This document shows, in pieces, positions 1 through 13,916 of a DNA stretch of 64,000 bases (positions are counted from its first letter, which is position 1; each line of letters begins with the position of its first letter). A program made the position numbers and the translations under genes. The stretch is from Dictyostelium discoideum. Lineage: Eukaryota. The notes below the pieces were generated by a model. That model was not told the origin of the DNA. It saw only the letters and a program-made list of their open reading frames with translations, and searched no databases. The DNA is taken from contig CM000151.3 of assembly GCA_000004695.1 (NCBI GenBank), positions 6,880,001-6,944,000 on the forward strand. The letters run 5' to 3'.

Positions 1-1041
1 TATTATTATTATTATTATTTTTTCTTTCTGGTTTTTAAGATTTTAGTATTAAAATTGGATAAATCGGTCGATGAGATAATGTTTGCATGCACCCAGTTTA
101 AATAAAATAAACTTTGCACTTAAATTCGTGGGCAGACCAAGACTCCAAGGTCATGTGATTATTTGATTTATTAAAAAAAAAAAAAAAAAAAAAGGAGTCT
201 TAGGTATCGGATCGGGTTTATGATTTGTAGTTTTTTAGTCCCTACTAACTAGATGGATTTTGAACCTCTCATCTATCGGTTTGAATGTTTTATTTATTGC
301 TGTTACTTCTCAGCAATTCCACCACCTTCGATAGAGGTTTTTCAACCTTTCTCTCTAATAATGCTGATGTAGTGCAGAGTGAAAGGAACGTTGCCGCTCA
401 ATTCAAATTGTATTCTGGTGTCTGAATAGGTTTTAAACCTGATGTCCTAATAATTCCCAACAACATAAGTTTAAAATTTATAATTTAAGGGCAATTGATT
501 AACATTTTTTGTTTTTTATGGGTCTTTTCGAAAAAAAAAAAAAAAATCAATTTTTTTGCAAACAAAAATGAAAATTTTTAAGAAAAAAAACTAAATTTTT
601 AAATTTTTATATGTATTATCATTTTAATAACAAACAAACATTAATTTTTTTTAAAAAAAAAAATATATTAGTTTGAAAATTTTTAATAAAAAAAGAATTT
701 TTGTGGGGATGATAAAATTGATTAATAAGATTCACAAATTCTTTTTTTATTTTCATTTTTAATAATTGAGATTAGAGGGAAAAAAAAAAAAAAAAAAATT
801 CGCTGAAATCGTGCAAATCAACACAAAGAGATTTTTTTTTTAAAAAAGTAATCAAAGTTTTTAATTTTTTTTTGTAATGCACAAAAACTTTGTAAATGGT
901 ATGAAAAATAATTAAACTTTTTTTTTTTTTTATATTTTTCACAAATTTTTTCTTTTTTTATCAATCAAATCTTTTTTTTTTTTTTTTTTATCATTTTATT
1001 ATTTTATTTAAAAAAAAACAATTAATAACAAAAAAAAAAAA

Positions 1042-1256
1042 ATGGAGAACCAAAGAAGAGGTATTTTACAAGGATTAAATCGTAGTAGAACAAGTAAGTT
1101 TTTTGAATATTATTAATTTATTTCAAAAAATAAAATTAATGATTGGATTTTATACTAATAATTATTTCAGTATCAACCCAAACAAACAATACTACTGGTC
1201 AATTAAATTCAACTACAACACCAACAATTACTGGTAAAAGTGTTTTCATGGCATAA
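1042..1256 (+). CDS. putative small two-exon ORF, join(1042..1093,1171..1256); 45-aa Ser/Thr-rich peptide [45 protein letters not shown]
   Basis: ATG in an A-rich context. The donor is GTAAGT at 1094 and the acceptor is TTTCAG at 1165-1170. The exons are phase-consistent and the second ends in TAA. No homology recognised. Confidence 0.25.
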
Positions 1257-1530
1257 AATAAACCCAATAAATTCACTCTATTCTTTTTTTTTTTTTTTTA
1301 AACAAAAAAAAATTTATAAATTCTTCTTAAATTCTTTATTTTAAGATTTTTAAAATTTATTATTACTTTTTTTTTTTTTTTTTTATTTTTTTTTTTTTTT
1401 TTTTTAATAAACAATAAAAGAAATATTTTGAAAAAATTAAAAAAAATTATTTTTAGTTTAGTTTATTTTATTATTTTTCTACATCTTTATTTTTTTAATT
1501 TTTTTTTTTTTTTAATCATATTAAAAATTT

Positions 1531-4500
1531 TTATTTATTTAATAAAGTATCAAATGGATCAACTAAAATATTTTTAGAGAAAGCATTTAAAGATTCTTTA
1601 AATTGACCAACCATTCTTTGTAAAGTTCTATTTCCAGCCATAATCGGTAAGATTTCTTTTAATAGAGATCTTTTTGAGAGACCTAAAATAGTTGATTCCC
1701 AAGGTATTGATAAACTATTATTTGAGAATGGATTACTTTCCATACTCATACCAGTAGTATGATTATGATGGTGATGATGATGATGATGATCATTTAAAGT
1801 TGAAGAAGGACCTAACAAATCAGTACAAAGATCTGTGAGTTTTACAATATTACAACAATTTGTTAAATATTTCGTATAAATTAATAACCAATGTTTATAT
1901 TCCAATGAACTCTCTAATACTTGAGCTAACCAAAGTTGTTTCTCTAAAAATAATGATGTTGAAAGTTGTTGTTGTTGTTGTGATTCACTATTACTTAATG
2001 ATAGTAAATTTGATACTGATGGTTGTTGTTGCTGCTGCTGCTGATTACTAATATTATTAGTTATATTTGAATTTATAATAGAATTAATCCTATTATTATT
2101 TTGAAGTGTTGATAAAATACCTGTATTAGTTGTATCATTACTGTTATATTCTGACAAAGCACCCAATCTATCGGTAATTTTAACCCATTCACCAACATCA
2201 CTAGAATAAACAAAACTATCACCATTTGAAAATGTAATGATTGGTTTACCACTCTCTTCTGTTACCATTGCATGTTTAATTGTTAAACTATCTCTATTCT
2301 TTAAGAATGGTAATTCTCTATTTGATAATTCTACCTTTTTCTTTAAAACATTCCAAACACAAACAAATCCATCACATGTTATCGCTAACAAATGATTAGT
2401 TTTATTACTTTCTAAAAATGATAATTGATTTCTTGGTACAATATTTGACATTATCTATTTAAAAATTAAATTATTAATATTTTAAATAATAATAATAATA
2501 ATAATTGTTTTTTTTTTTACTAAATTTTACTTACAATTGTACCATTTTTATTAAAAATATATAAAAGTGAATCTAAAGTTGTAGCAGCGCACCAATTTTT
2601 ATTACCAGTAATTAAAGTTATACGACCTGCTATTCTATTTTCCCAAAGTTGAGTTTCAAATGATAAATATCTAATGACAGAGAAATATTCTACAGTATTA
2701 TCTTGAAGTTCTTGTTCAGTTATATTTACATCGATTATAATTGAACCACCAACGCCAGATGTAGTTGTAGTATTTGGTGTCATTGTTGGGAATAATCTAT
2801 TATTTAGTGCAGAGGCTTGAATTGGTTGATCAATTAATTTCTTTGAGATTTTATTTGTTAATGTTGGTAATGGTATTGAAAATCCTGTTGGAATAACTGT
2901 TGATATAATCATATTATTATTGTTGTTGTTGTTACTAAATTGTGAATTTTGATTTTGATCAGTTTGTTGTTGTTGTTGCTGCTGTTGTTGTTGTTTATTA
3001 CTACCACTACTCGATTTCTTTTTTTTAGATATTGATATTGTTGGTTCTGGTTCTGCTGATCTTCGTTTACTACTATTATTACTATTACTATTACTACCGC
3101 CAATATTAGGAGTAGTATGTTTTGTTGATTGATCATCTCTATCACTTTTATCTCTATCACTTTTATCATGATGACTTGATTTATGAGTATCTCTATGATG
3201 AATGTGATGATTATGATTATTATTATTATCTTTTATTCTTGGATGTGAAAATCTATCATTACTACCATCGATTGTACCATTTAATTTATTTAATCCAAAT
3301 GGTACCATTGGTGTCATTTTAGTTGGTGTTGCTGTTTTTTCTGTTATTGTTGTCGCTGTTGTTGTCGATGATGATGATGATGATGGTGATGAGGTTTTAG
3401 TTGATGAATCAGTTTCCATTGGTTCATTACCAGTTGGTTTTAATGAAGAGGATGAATGTTGTAATTGTTGAAGATGTAATGGTATTGCAACTGGTTGAGG
3501 TTTTGTAATATTTTGAGAACTACTACCAATGAAAATTGGAGTAATTCTTCTCTTTCCTCCAGGCATTATGGTTTGTTTTTGATTTTGCATTGCCAATTGA
3601 GTTGGTTGTAATGTTGATGTACTATTTGTTTTTGAATGATTTTCTCCACCATTTTGATTGTTTATACCACTACCGCTACCACCACCACCACTAACACCAC
3701 CACCACTAACACCACTACCAACTCCATTTGCATTTGATTCTTCCATTGCCAATTGATCAGGATTCTCTGGTAAAATTGCATGACTACCACTATTGGCAGC
3801 TGATGATAAATTACCACCAGCTGCACCATAAATAACATTACCTTCTTTATCGATTGTGACAGCATCACCATAATAATTTTTAAAGAATATTTGTTTCTCC
3901 TCTGGTCCAATTGGTGAACCACCAATCTCTTCAGGATCCAATGAAATGTAACCAACTGTACCATCAGTTGAACATGCAACAAATGAATAACCATCTGAAC
4001 ACCATGAAATATCTTGAATACATTGATCAAACAATGATCTAGTGACCATTAATGAACGTGGTGATGATGATGACCATAATGATAATGTTGAATCTTGACC
4101 ACCCAATAAAATTAAACAAAACTTTTGATCCCTAGATTTAAAATCCTTATAAATCTTTGATGAACATCTTGATACAACCACCGCTTTTCTATGTCCAACT
4201 AAATCTAATCCAATATCCCAATCTGTTCTACTAACTAATACACCTGTATGTGTTGCATTATTAATACCATGTGTTGCAACTATAAATTGTCCATCTGGTG
4301 TCCAACTTTTAAAATAATAAATAAATAATAATAATAAATTATATTATTTAATGAAAATTAAAGTTAGTAAAAAATTATTTTTTTTTTTTTTTTTTTTTTT
4401 TTGGTTTTTTTGTTTTTTTTTTTTTTGTTTTTTTTTTTTTTGTTTGTTTGATATTCTTTCCGTACCTTGGTCTTAAAAAGAAAGAATTACCAGAATGTTT

Positions 4501-5323
4501 AAATGGTTCTGTTACTATTGTTTCTACAACCCAATCTGATGTTCTCCATATTATTAAACTTTTATCTTCTGATTGTGATGCCAAATATCTACCTAATGGG
4601 TCCCATGTTAAACCTTTAACAAATCCTTTATGTTCCTCCAATTTTGACACCATTTCTATTATAAAAATTTAAAAAAAAAAATTTTATTAAGTTAATACAT
4701 AGTATGTTGAATCTTTAAGATTAATATTAAAATAAAAATACTTACGAAACTTATTAGTTTCCCAAATTATTATTGATTTATCAAAACTACATGTTGCAAT
4801 ATATTTATTATCTGGAGACCAACTAACTTCAGAGATATCTGAAGCATGACCTCTCAATGTTGCAACGCAAACCCAATTTTCTGTTGTATTTTTGAGTAGT
4901 GAATTATTGTTTGATAAACCCCAAATCATACATAATTTATCATCAGAACCTGATGCTAAATATTTACCATCCTTTGACCATTTAACTGAATTGACTGAAT
5001 GGAAATGTGCGTTCTCTATTGAACATAATAATTTGGGTATTCCCGCATCTTCTTCAGCCTCCAATAATGATATTGGTGCCATGCTCCATATTTTTATCTT
5101 TGCATCACCACCACCAGTTGCAACTCTTGTGCCATCTGGATGTATATCAATTGAGTATATAGATAATCCTAAAAAAATTATTCAATTTATTTATTTATTT
5201 ATTATTAATTTTTTATTTTTTTAATTTTTTTATTTTATTTTTAAATTTTATATAGCCAAATAATAATAATATTATTATTATCTTACCTCCATGCGATACC
5301 CATTGTGGTTTGAGGATTTTCAT
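1531..5323 (-). CDS. hira: HIRA-family histone cell-cycle regulator (WD40 N-terminus plus conserved Hira C-terminal domain), 5 exons: complement(join(1531..2454,2535..4305,4466..4655,4746..5168,5287..5323)); about 1114 aa
   Basis: The N-terminus MKILKPQWVSHGG/LSIYSIDIHPDGTRVATGGGDAKIKIWSM... has WD40 repeats (LRGHASDISEVSWSPDNKYIATCSFDKSIIIWE; HKGFVKGLTWDPLGRYLASQSEDKSLIIWRTSDW). The C-terminus EYKHWLLIYTKYLTN...LCTDLLGP...WESTILGLSKRSLLKEILPIMAGNRTLQRMVGQF aligns with the human HIRA C-terminus (HEYRHWLLVYARYLVNEG...ICKDLLGP...WESTVVGLRKRELLKELLPVIGQN). All introns are GTAAGT/GTACGG...AG and phase-consistent. Confidence 0.85.
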
Positions 5324-5339
5324 TTATTATTATTTGTTT

Positions 5340-5390
<51 letters not shown>

Positions 5391-5615
5391 TTTAAAAATG
5401 AAATAATAATATAAAAATTATTTTTGAAAAAAAAAAAAAATTTTTAAAAAAAAAAAAAACAAATATCAATGAGAAACAAATACACAAAGTGTGTGCGTGT
5501 GTATATGTATAAAAGTTTGATGGGATTATTATTTAATTAAAAAAAAAAAAAAAATTTCAACAAATTATTTTTTTTTTCACTTTTTTTTATTTTTATTTAA
5601 AAAAATGTAGCGCAT

Positions 5616-5660
<45 letters not shown>

Positions 5661-5787
5661 CTACCGTAGTTCAGAAAGATTTCATAAAAAAAAAAAAAAA
5701 AGAAAAAAAAAAAAAACCAATTTTGTGTGTGTTTCCAATTATAGATTTTTGTTTTTTAAAAAATTTTTAAAAATAAACAAAAAAAAA

Positions 5788-6475
5788 ATGGAAAATACAG
5801 ACCATTCTTATAATCAACAACCTGTAAATAATAATGATGTTAGGGATTTATTATTTGAAAATTCACCACTCGACCAATATCTTCAATGTAAATTATTATC
5901 AATCATTAATTAATTACACTATTTAATGATAAATTAAAAAAAAAATAAAAAAATAAAAAAATAAAAAAAAATACAACTTATTAATAAAGTTTTATATTTA
6001 TACTTAAATAGCATTAAATTTAAAAGAAAATGAAGATAATAGAGGTGAAGTTTTATCATTTGAAATGTTTAGTCAAGAGAATATTGAAAATAATGAAGAA
6101 TATAATCAAATAAAATATGATAATAACAATAATAATGAAAAAAATAACGATAATAATAATACTTTTAAAAATAAAAATAATAAAAATAACAACATCAAAC
6201 TAAATAAAATTCAAATATTCTTCATGTCATTATACCAATCTATATCATCAATTATAATTGAATCAGATATTCTATTAGTACAAGAGTCACCATTTATCCA
6301 AAATCCTAATTTATCATTAAAAGATAATGATGATAATGATGATGATGAATCACCATTACCACCAATATATCCATTATCATTATACACCTTAGATAATGAT
6401 AACATATCAAATAATAATAATAATAATAAAGAATTATCATTAAATATTATTGAATTAATATCAATATTATATAAC

Positions 6476-6511
<36 letters not shown>

Positions 6512-8462
6512 TATATAATTATATTGATATCAATTTTAATTTTAATAATATCAATATTTTTAAATTTTAAATTAATAATTTTTATATTTTCAATATCATT
6601 AATAGTGATTATATTAATATTGAAAATTATAAATTCAAAGATTAAAGAGATTCAAAGAAATATTAAATCATTAGAAAAAGTTAATTTAGAATTAATTGAT
6701 GCTTGTAAGAATCATTATAATCAAATTAGTAAAACTATACAATTAATTAGAGAAGTTGAATTAATATCAAGAGGTTATAGATTATCAACACCAATAACTC
6801 CAATTGAAAGAATTGAACAATCCAATAATAGTGGTAATGGTACTAGCAATAGTTATAAATCTGAAAAATCATTTATTTTAAGAGCAAGTGTTTCAAAATC
6901 ATTAAAAACATTTATAATTTTATTTAAAAATTTAATTGAAAATCAAGCAATTTCTTTAAATTTACTTGAAAATCAAAAACAATTTATTAAATGTCAATTA
7001 TCAGAACTTTTCAATTCAAATAATAATAATAATAATATTGATGATGATGATGATGATGATGATATTAACACAAAAGAAAATCAAGAAGAAATAGAATTAG
7101 ATCAATTAGAAAATGATTCACAATTACCAATTGTAACATTAAAATTAATGTTACATCAATATGAATTCATGGTTTCAAATTTCTTTACTTTATTTATTAT
7201 ATCATTTTCAAATTTATTAAATAATAATAATAATTTTAATAGAAGTGATGGTATTATTACTACTAGTAACCTCTTTAATTTTTCAAATATAAATAATAAC
7301 ATTTGCCAATTTCAATCAATTCTATTAAAAATTTCAAATAGATTAACGATTGAAAATAATTCAATTAAATCTTTAATTTCAAAAGAATTATGGGAAAATA
7401 GTATAATATCATCATCATTATTGTTATTTCATTCCCCTAGTACAAAAAAAAAAAAAAAAAAAAAAAAAATACCTTTTACTAACTATTATCATTATTTTTT
7501 CATTTTTTAATTTAGAAATTCCAAAAAGAGTTATATTATCAAAACCAAAGAAAACAACTATTGAATCATTTATATATAATACTAATCAAATAGCAGAATC
7601 ATTAAATAGCATTAGTCCATTATTTACAAGTTTACTTGAAAAAATAGTTCCCTTAAAACAAAATAATAATCAAAATAATAATCAAAATAATAATAATAAT
7701 AACAACAATAATAATAGTGATTATGAATCATCATCATCATCATCATCTATAACAATACTTGATATTTTAAAATTAGATGAAGTTGTAAATGACTTTTTAT
7801 TAATTAAAAATGAATTAACAAACTCATTAAAGAATTGGGATAATGCAAATAGATCTTTAGTAAAGATGGTTAGAACTATACCAACAACAAATCCAAATTT
7901 ACAAAAAGAATGGACTGAACAAGAAGCAACTGAAAAATTAAAAAAACTATTAGAAAAATTAAGATCCAATCATTTTAATAATAATGATGATCATGATGAT
8001 CATGACGATGATGATCCTAATAATCAAAGACGACAAAAACAAAATGAATTAAATAAATTAATGACTTCAACTACAACAATCAATGAAAATCAATGGTTAA
8101 TTTATGAAGATACTGGTGACCTTGATCCAACATATATTGAAAGACCTCTAATTCAAATTAATGAAAATACAAATAGTGAACTATCAAATACAAATAATGA
8201 AACAACAACAATAATAATAACAAAACCACCCCCACCTCCACCACCAATGGGATTACCAAGAAGAACCAAACCTCCAAAAAGGACAATGTATGATCCTGAT
8301 TTTGATCCAATAACTCAAAAAATGAAAATATCTTCTGAAACTAGTACTCAAAATAATAATAAAAATAGTATTGCTGCTTCAATAATTCCACAAAAGAAAT
8401 TAATGAATGAACTTAAAACTGTTTTAGATATTCATGTCCTAAAAAAGAATATGCCAACTTAA
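5788..8462 (+). CDS. hypothetical protein with poly-N/D tracts, one strongly hydrophobic transmembrane segment, coiled-coil-like segments and a C-terminal PPPPPPP motif; join(5788..5887,6012..7439,7516..8462)
   Basis: Three ORF pieces join with consistent phase. Intron 1 runs GTAAAT (5888) to AG (6010-6011). Intron 2 runs GTACAA (7440) to TTTAATTTAG (7515) and contains a TACTAAC-like branch motif. The hydrophobic stretch is IIILISILILIISIFLNFKLIIFIFSISLIVIILIL. No homologue recognised. Confidence 0.5.
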
Positions 8463-8600
8463 TACCAAAAAATAATAATAAATTCAATCTTGGGTCTTTT
8501 TATTTTGTTTTAAAATTTTTTTTTTTTTTTATTTTTTCTTTATCATTATTTCTTTTTTTTCGTGAGAAAAAATTAATTCAAGACTTTTTTTTTTTTAAAT

Positions 8601-9363
8601 TTATTTATTTCTTTGAGTAACTCTTTTAGCAGCATTGACAATGTTTTGAGTTTGGACCATACTATATATTCGAAAAAAAAAAAAAAAAAATTAATAAATG
8701 TGAACCAAATGAATAATTAAAAAAAAAAAAAACAAATTAATACTTACGCAGCATTTTCCAAGTTTGAAGCATATGGCATTGGAACATCAGCACCACAAAT
8801 TCTTTCAATTGGGGCATCTAAATAATCAAAAGCATGTTCCATCATTAATGCAGAGATTTCAGCACCAATACCAGATTGTGCCCAACCTTCTTCAACGGTA
8901 ACTAATTTATTTGTTTTTTTGAGTGAATTTACAATGGTTTCAGCATCAATTGGACGAATGGTACGTAAATTGATAACTTCAGCAGAGATACCTTCTTTGG
9001 CAAGTATTTCAGCAGCTTCCATACAGTTACTAACGATTCTAGAGAAACCAACAATTGTAACATCTTTACCTTCTCTTTCAACTTTTGCTTTACCAATTGG
9101 AACAAGGTATTCTTTATCTTGTTCTTGATCTGATAAATCAAATTTATAATTGTAAAGTAATTCACTCTCTAAATAAACAACTGGATTATCATCACGAATT
9201 GCTGATTTTAATAAACCTCTATGATCAGCAGCACTCCATGGTGCAACAACTTTAAGACCTGGAACACTACCATACCATGCAGCAAAACACTAAATTAATA
9301 ATAATTATAATTATTAATTATTAGTATTTTTAATTTGAAAGAAGGAGGGGGAGAGAGAGAGAG

Positions 9364-9394
<31 letters not shown>

Positions 9395-10166
9395 TACTTG
9401 ACTGTGTTGAGCACCAACAGCAGTTGGTGGACCATTTGGACCTCTCCAAACGATTGGATTGAAAACTTTACCACCAGACATATAATGAGTTTTAGCAGAT
9501 GAATTGATGATGTGATCAATTGCTTGCATAGCAAAGTTGAAAGTCATAAATTCAATGATTGGTCTAGTACCTGCCATAGCAGCACCAACACCAATACCAG
9601 CAAAACCAGCTTCTGTAATTGGAGTATCAATAATTCTATCACCACCATATTTATCGAATAATCCTTTAGTGATCTTGTATGCACCATTATATTGAGCTAC
9701 TTCTTCACCCATAATAAAAACTTTTTCATCTCTTGCTAATTCTTCATCCAATGCACTATTAATTGCATCACGAACTGTAACCTATATATAAAATAAAATA
9801 ATTTATTAATTATTTTAATTTAACAATAATAATAATAATATAATAAATATAATAAAAATAATAAAAATAATAAAAATAATATAGTTTTTTATTTTATTTT
9901 ATTTTATTTTATTTTATTTTATTTTTTGACACTATGGTGGGGTTCATTGTGGATTTTATTTTTTATTTTATTTTATTTTATTTATTTTTTTTTTTTTTTT
10001 GTTTTTTATTTTTTTTTTATTTTTTTTTTTTTTATAAAATAAATAAATAAATTGAATACATATAAAAAAAAATTCAACGTACCTCTTTAGTAGCATAAGT
10101 TCTAGTGATAATTCTAAAGTTAACTAATAATGATGGTTGAATTTTTTTTAAAATTGAAGACAACAT
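8601..10166 (-). CDS. pdhB: pyruvate dehydrogenase E1 component beta subunit, mitochondrial; complement(join(8601..8661,8748..9289,9398..9781,10083..10166))
   Basis: It starts [132 protein letters not shown]. It ends [98 protein letters not shown], which is collinear with human PDHB including the C-terminal IPQVKDIIFAIKK-type tail. Donors are GTACGT/GTAAGT. Confidence 0.9.
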
Positions 10167-10199
10167 TTTTGAATGATGATAAGTTAAAATTGTGATTTG

Positions 10200-10246
<47 letters not shown>

Positions 10247-11140
10247 AAGTCGCTGAAAAAATTGAAAAAAAAAAAAAAAAAAATTAATTTAAAATAAAAA
10301 AAATTAAAAAAAAATAAAAAAAAAAAACAATGTTAATTATTCATTCTTTTTTTGTTTTTTTGAATTGTTTTTCCCGATTGGATATTTAATAAACGAATTA
10401 ATTTCTTTTATAAGAGATATTATCTTTAAAGTTATAATAAATAAATTTTAATTTTTGTAAATTAATTAATTTTTATAAATTAATTATTTTTTTTTTTGTT
10501 TCTAAAAAAAAAAAGTTAATAGGATATTAATTTTAAAAGTGTTTAGAAAACAAAAAAAAAACAATAAAAAAGTCTTTAATGTAAAATTACTACCACCTAA
10601 TAAATAAATTTTGACATTTTATCATAAAAACATCAATGAAAATCGATCATATAAATAAAAATTAATTATTGGACAAGTTTGATAAATTCCAGATAAAATT
10701 AATACGACTTTACAAAAAATAAAAATAAAAGAATTATATTCAACTTTTATTTATTTAAAATAAAAGAAAAGAAAATAAACTTAAATTGTGTTTTTTATCC
10801 AATTCAATCAAAAGAACAAAAAATACACCCACTCCCCAATTACATTTTTATTTTTCCCAATTTTAATTTTATTTTTATTTTTTATTTTTTTATTTTTTAT
10901 TTTTTTATTATTTTTTTTTTTAAAAAATTTATTTATTATATTATTATATTATAATATTAAATTTTTTAGGTAATTAATTTAATATTAAATTTTAACTCTA
11001 CCCCAAAAATGTAACGTGTGCGCATAAATTTTCGTTTTTCATAAAAAAAAAAAAAAAAATCAAAAAAAAAAAAAATTTCAGGGTGACAAAAAATTTTTTG
11101 AAAAATTTTCTCATTCTTTCAGTTTAACATTTCCCCAAAC
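10167..11140. promoter_or_regulatory. divergent intergenic/promoter region shared by pdhB (-) and rps18 (+)
   Basis: A 974-bp AT-rich spacer lies between the two start codons. Long poly(T)/poly(A) tracts sit at 10200-10250 and 11040-11075. No ORF. Confidence 0.4.
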
Positions 11141-11920
11141 ATGTCATCCGTACGTATTTGCCGTCACATATTTTATAGATAGTGAAAGTAGAGGAGAAGA
11201 GAGAAAAGATTGAAACAATATGGTGACCATGTTGTTTATATAGTTGGATTGAAATAGATTGATACTATTTCATAATAGATTGAAGATAATATAGAATAGA
11301 GATTATGGTCCTCCATAGATACACATATACTAATCAAATCCAACAACAACAAATAAATATATTATTTATAGTCATTAGTTTTCCAAGGAGAATTCCAACA
11401 CATCATTCGTATTTACAATACCAATGTTGACGGTAGAAGAAAGATTCAATACGCTCTTACCTGTGTTAAAGGTGTTGGTCGTAGATTTGCCAATTTAGTC
11501 TGCAAAAAGGCTGATATTGATACCTCAAAAAGAGCTGGTGAACTTTCAAAAGATGAAGTCGAAAGATTAACCACCATCATGAATCACCCAAGACAATACA
11601 ATATCCCAACTTGGTTCCTTAACAGACAAAAGGATATTAAAGACGGTAAATACTCTCATTGTCTTGCCAATCAAATCGATGTCAAATTCAGAGAAGATTT
11701 AGAAAGATTAAAGAAAATCAGAGCACACAGAGGTGTCAGACATCACTTTGGTCTCCGTGTTAGAGGTCAAAAGACCAAAACCACCGGTATGTAACAAATA
11801 ACAAACAACAAAGCATAATAAATATAATCATAAACCAATAATAACATATACTAATATAATTAATTTTTAAAATTTATAGGTAGAAGAGGTCGTACTGTTG
11901 GTGTTGCTGGTCGTAGATAA
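11141..11920 (+). CDS. rps18: 40S ribosomal protein S18 (uS13); join(11141..11149,11372..11786,11880..11920)
   Basis: [154 protein letters not shown] is nearly collinear with human RPS18. There is a tiny 9-nt first exon. Donors are GTACGT and GTATGT and acceptors are TTATAG/TTTATAG. Confidence 0.9.
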
Positions 11921-13916
11921 ATTCGTTAAACCCATCATAATAAACTATTTTTTAGTAATATAGCATTAAGTGCGTTTTATTTATTTTAGTATTTTTTATT
12001 GAGTTAGAGGAATCAAAAATTATTATTATATTACTATTATTATTTTAAGTCAATAGTTTTTTAATTTAATTTTATTATAAATCTACAAATCTATATTTCA
12101 TCAATTAATTGGACATTATTCAATACAAATAAAAAAAATAAATGACAACATATATGAACTAAAAATAGAATTTTTTTTTTATATAAACACACCGATCCAA
12201 AAAAAGTGTGGTTAAAATTTAATAACAATATCTAGATTTAAATTTTTTTTTTTTTTTTTTTTTTTATATGTATACTAAAATAAATAAAAAACAAATATAT
12301 ATAAAAGAAATAATTATTTTTATAAATGACGATCATTTATTTTTTATTTGTTATTTATGTCAGTAAAAAATGTTTTGAGAGAAATTTTTTTTTTTTTTTT
12401 TTTATACATACTAACCAAACTTTAAATCAGATTCTACATAAACTAATGTTATAAAAAAAAAAAAAAAAAACAAAAATGAAAAGATATTGGATTTAAATAA
12501 CTGCGAAATAGATTTAAATCAATGAAGTTTTAATAATATCCAAGACCAAACATATGCATAAAAAAAAAATTAAAAAAAAAAAAAAAAAAAAAAAAATTAT
12601 TAAAAATTTATTATTATTTTATTCCAGCTTGTATTTAATTTCCAAGGCAAGAGAATAAAATTTCTATTAATATTCATTAATTTTTTTTTATTTTTTTAAA
12701 GATTTATTAAGAAATACTAAATACTTTATAATGGTTTAATTATTATTTTATTTTTTTTTTTTTTTTTGATTTCATTTTTGATCATGTGATCCAATGAATC
12801 AATATAAAAAAAAATAAAAAAAAAAAAAAATAAAATATTTTAATAAAAATAAAATATTTTGGTTAGTGGTGGGTGTTGATATCAACATTTTACTTTTTAA
12901 AAATCAAAAACCTATTTTTAATGTCAATTGCAACATTAACTAATTACAAATTCTTTCATTAATTCCGAATATTATTAAATATTTTCTTTGAAAACAAAAA
13001 AAAAAAAAGAATAAAAAAACAAAGAGTATTTTATAAAATTGTTTTACATATTTTATATTTTAGTTTTTTTTTTTTTATTTAATTTTTTTTTTTTTTTATT
13101 TTATTTTTATATAGTTTTATTTAATAATTTACGAAAACATATTCTCTTCATTTTAAAATATAAATAATGATATATAGTAAGTTGTAGAAAAAAAAAAAAA
13201 AAAAAAATGAAATTAATAAAAAATATTTTGTTATTTATTTATTAACAATTATTTAATTTAAATTATTTCAGAATCAATGGTTTTTAAATATTATAAATGT
13301 GAATCATGTAATTCAAATCATATAGAATCAGGTTCATCTCATTCAATAAATTATTGTTTGGATTTAAATTCAAGTAAAATTTATAGAAATCTAACATGTA
13401 CATCATTTTTTACTCGCCCAATTTTCCAATCTTTTTAAATATTAGGTCAACACTGAATTTCTTGAAAAAAAAAAAACAAATAAAATAAAAAATCCATCAA
13501 ATGAAAAAACAATTGAACATATATTCCGAAATCAAAATAAGATTAAAAAATTTCAAATTGTTAGATTTTATTTATATTTTTTAAAAAATATTAAAACAAA
13601 CAATTAATAAATTATTTTCATTTTATTTTGCTATTAAAAAAATCATTTATTTCTAAAATTGTTTTTTGAGAAATTAGAATTAAAAAAAAAAAAAGAAAAA
13701 CCCCACAAACAAAAATAATAAAATTAATTCTGGTTAGTCGACACATAATGAAAATAAAACTAATTCTGGTGAGTCAACATTTTGAAAATAAAATTAATTT
13801 ATTTTTAATAAAAAAAAGATTTTTCAATTCTTTTTTTTCTTCATTATTCAAGACGAAAATTGACCATCTTCATCAAAAAAAAAAAATTTAATTTAATTTT
13901 TTTTTTGGTAGTGAAT

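Noticed and set aside
1860-4030. Six-frame ORFs 1860..2051(+), 2909..3169(-), 3122..3322(+), 3662..4030(-) inside the HIRA locus
   Set aside because: These are alternative-frame or antisense readings of the HIRA low-complexity region (poly-V/I/Y/H from GTT/ATT/TAT/CAT repeats). They have no start context or splice logic.
7440-7515. Intron containing the perfect yeast-type branch motif TACTAAC and an atypical GTACAA donor
   Set aside because: It is kept as the splice model because phases match, but the donor is non-canonical. It is not raised to a finding, since the TACTAAC could be coincidental in AT-rich DNA.
9341-9400. GA-rich tract GGAGGGGGAGAGAGAGAGAGAG followed by A28
   Set aside because: It lies inside pdhB intron 2 on the non-coding side. 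It is a simple-sequence tract and is not called as a regulatory feature.
13725-13795. Two tandem ~33-bp units AATTCTGGT(T/G)AGTC(G/A)ACA..TGAAAATAAAA
   Set aside because: It is a real but tiny local duplication immediately upstream of the pseudogene fragment, with no evident function. It is noted only.
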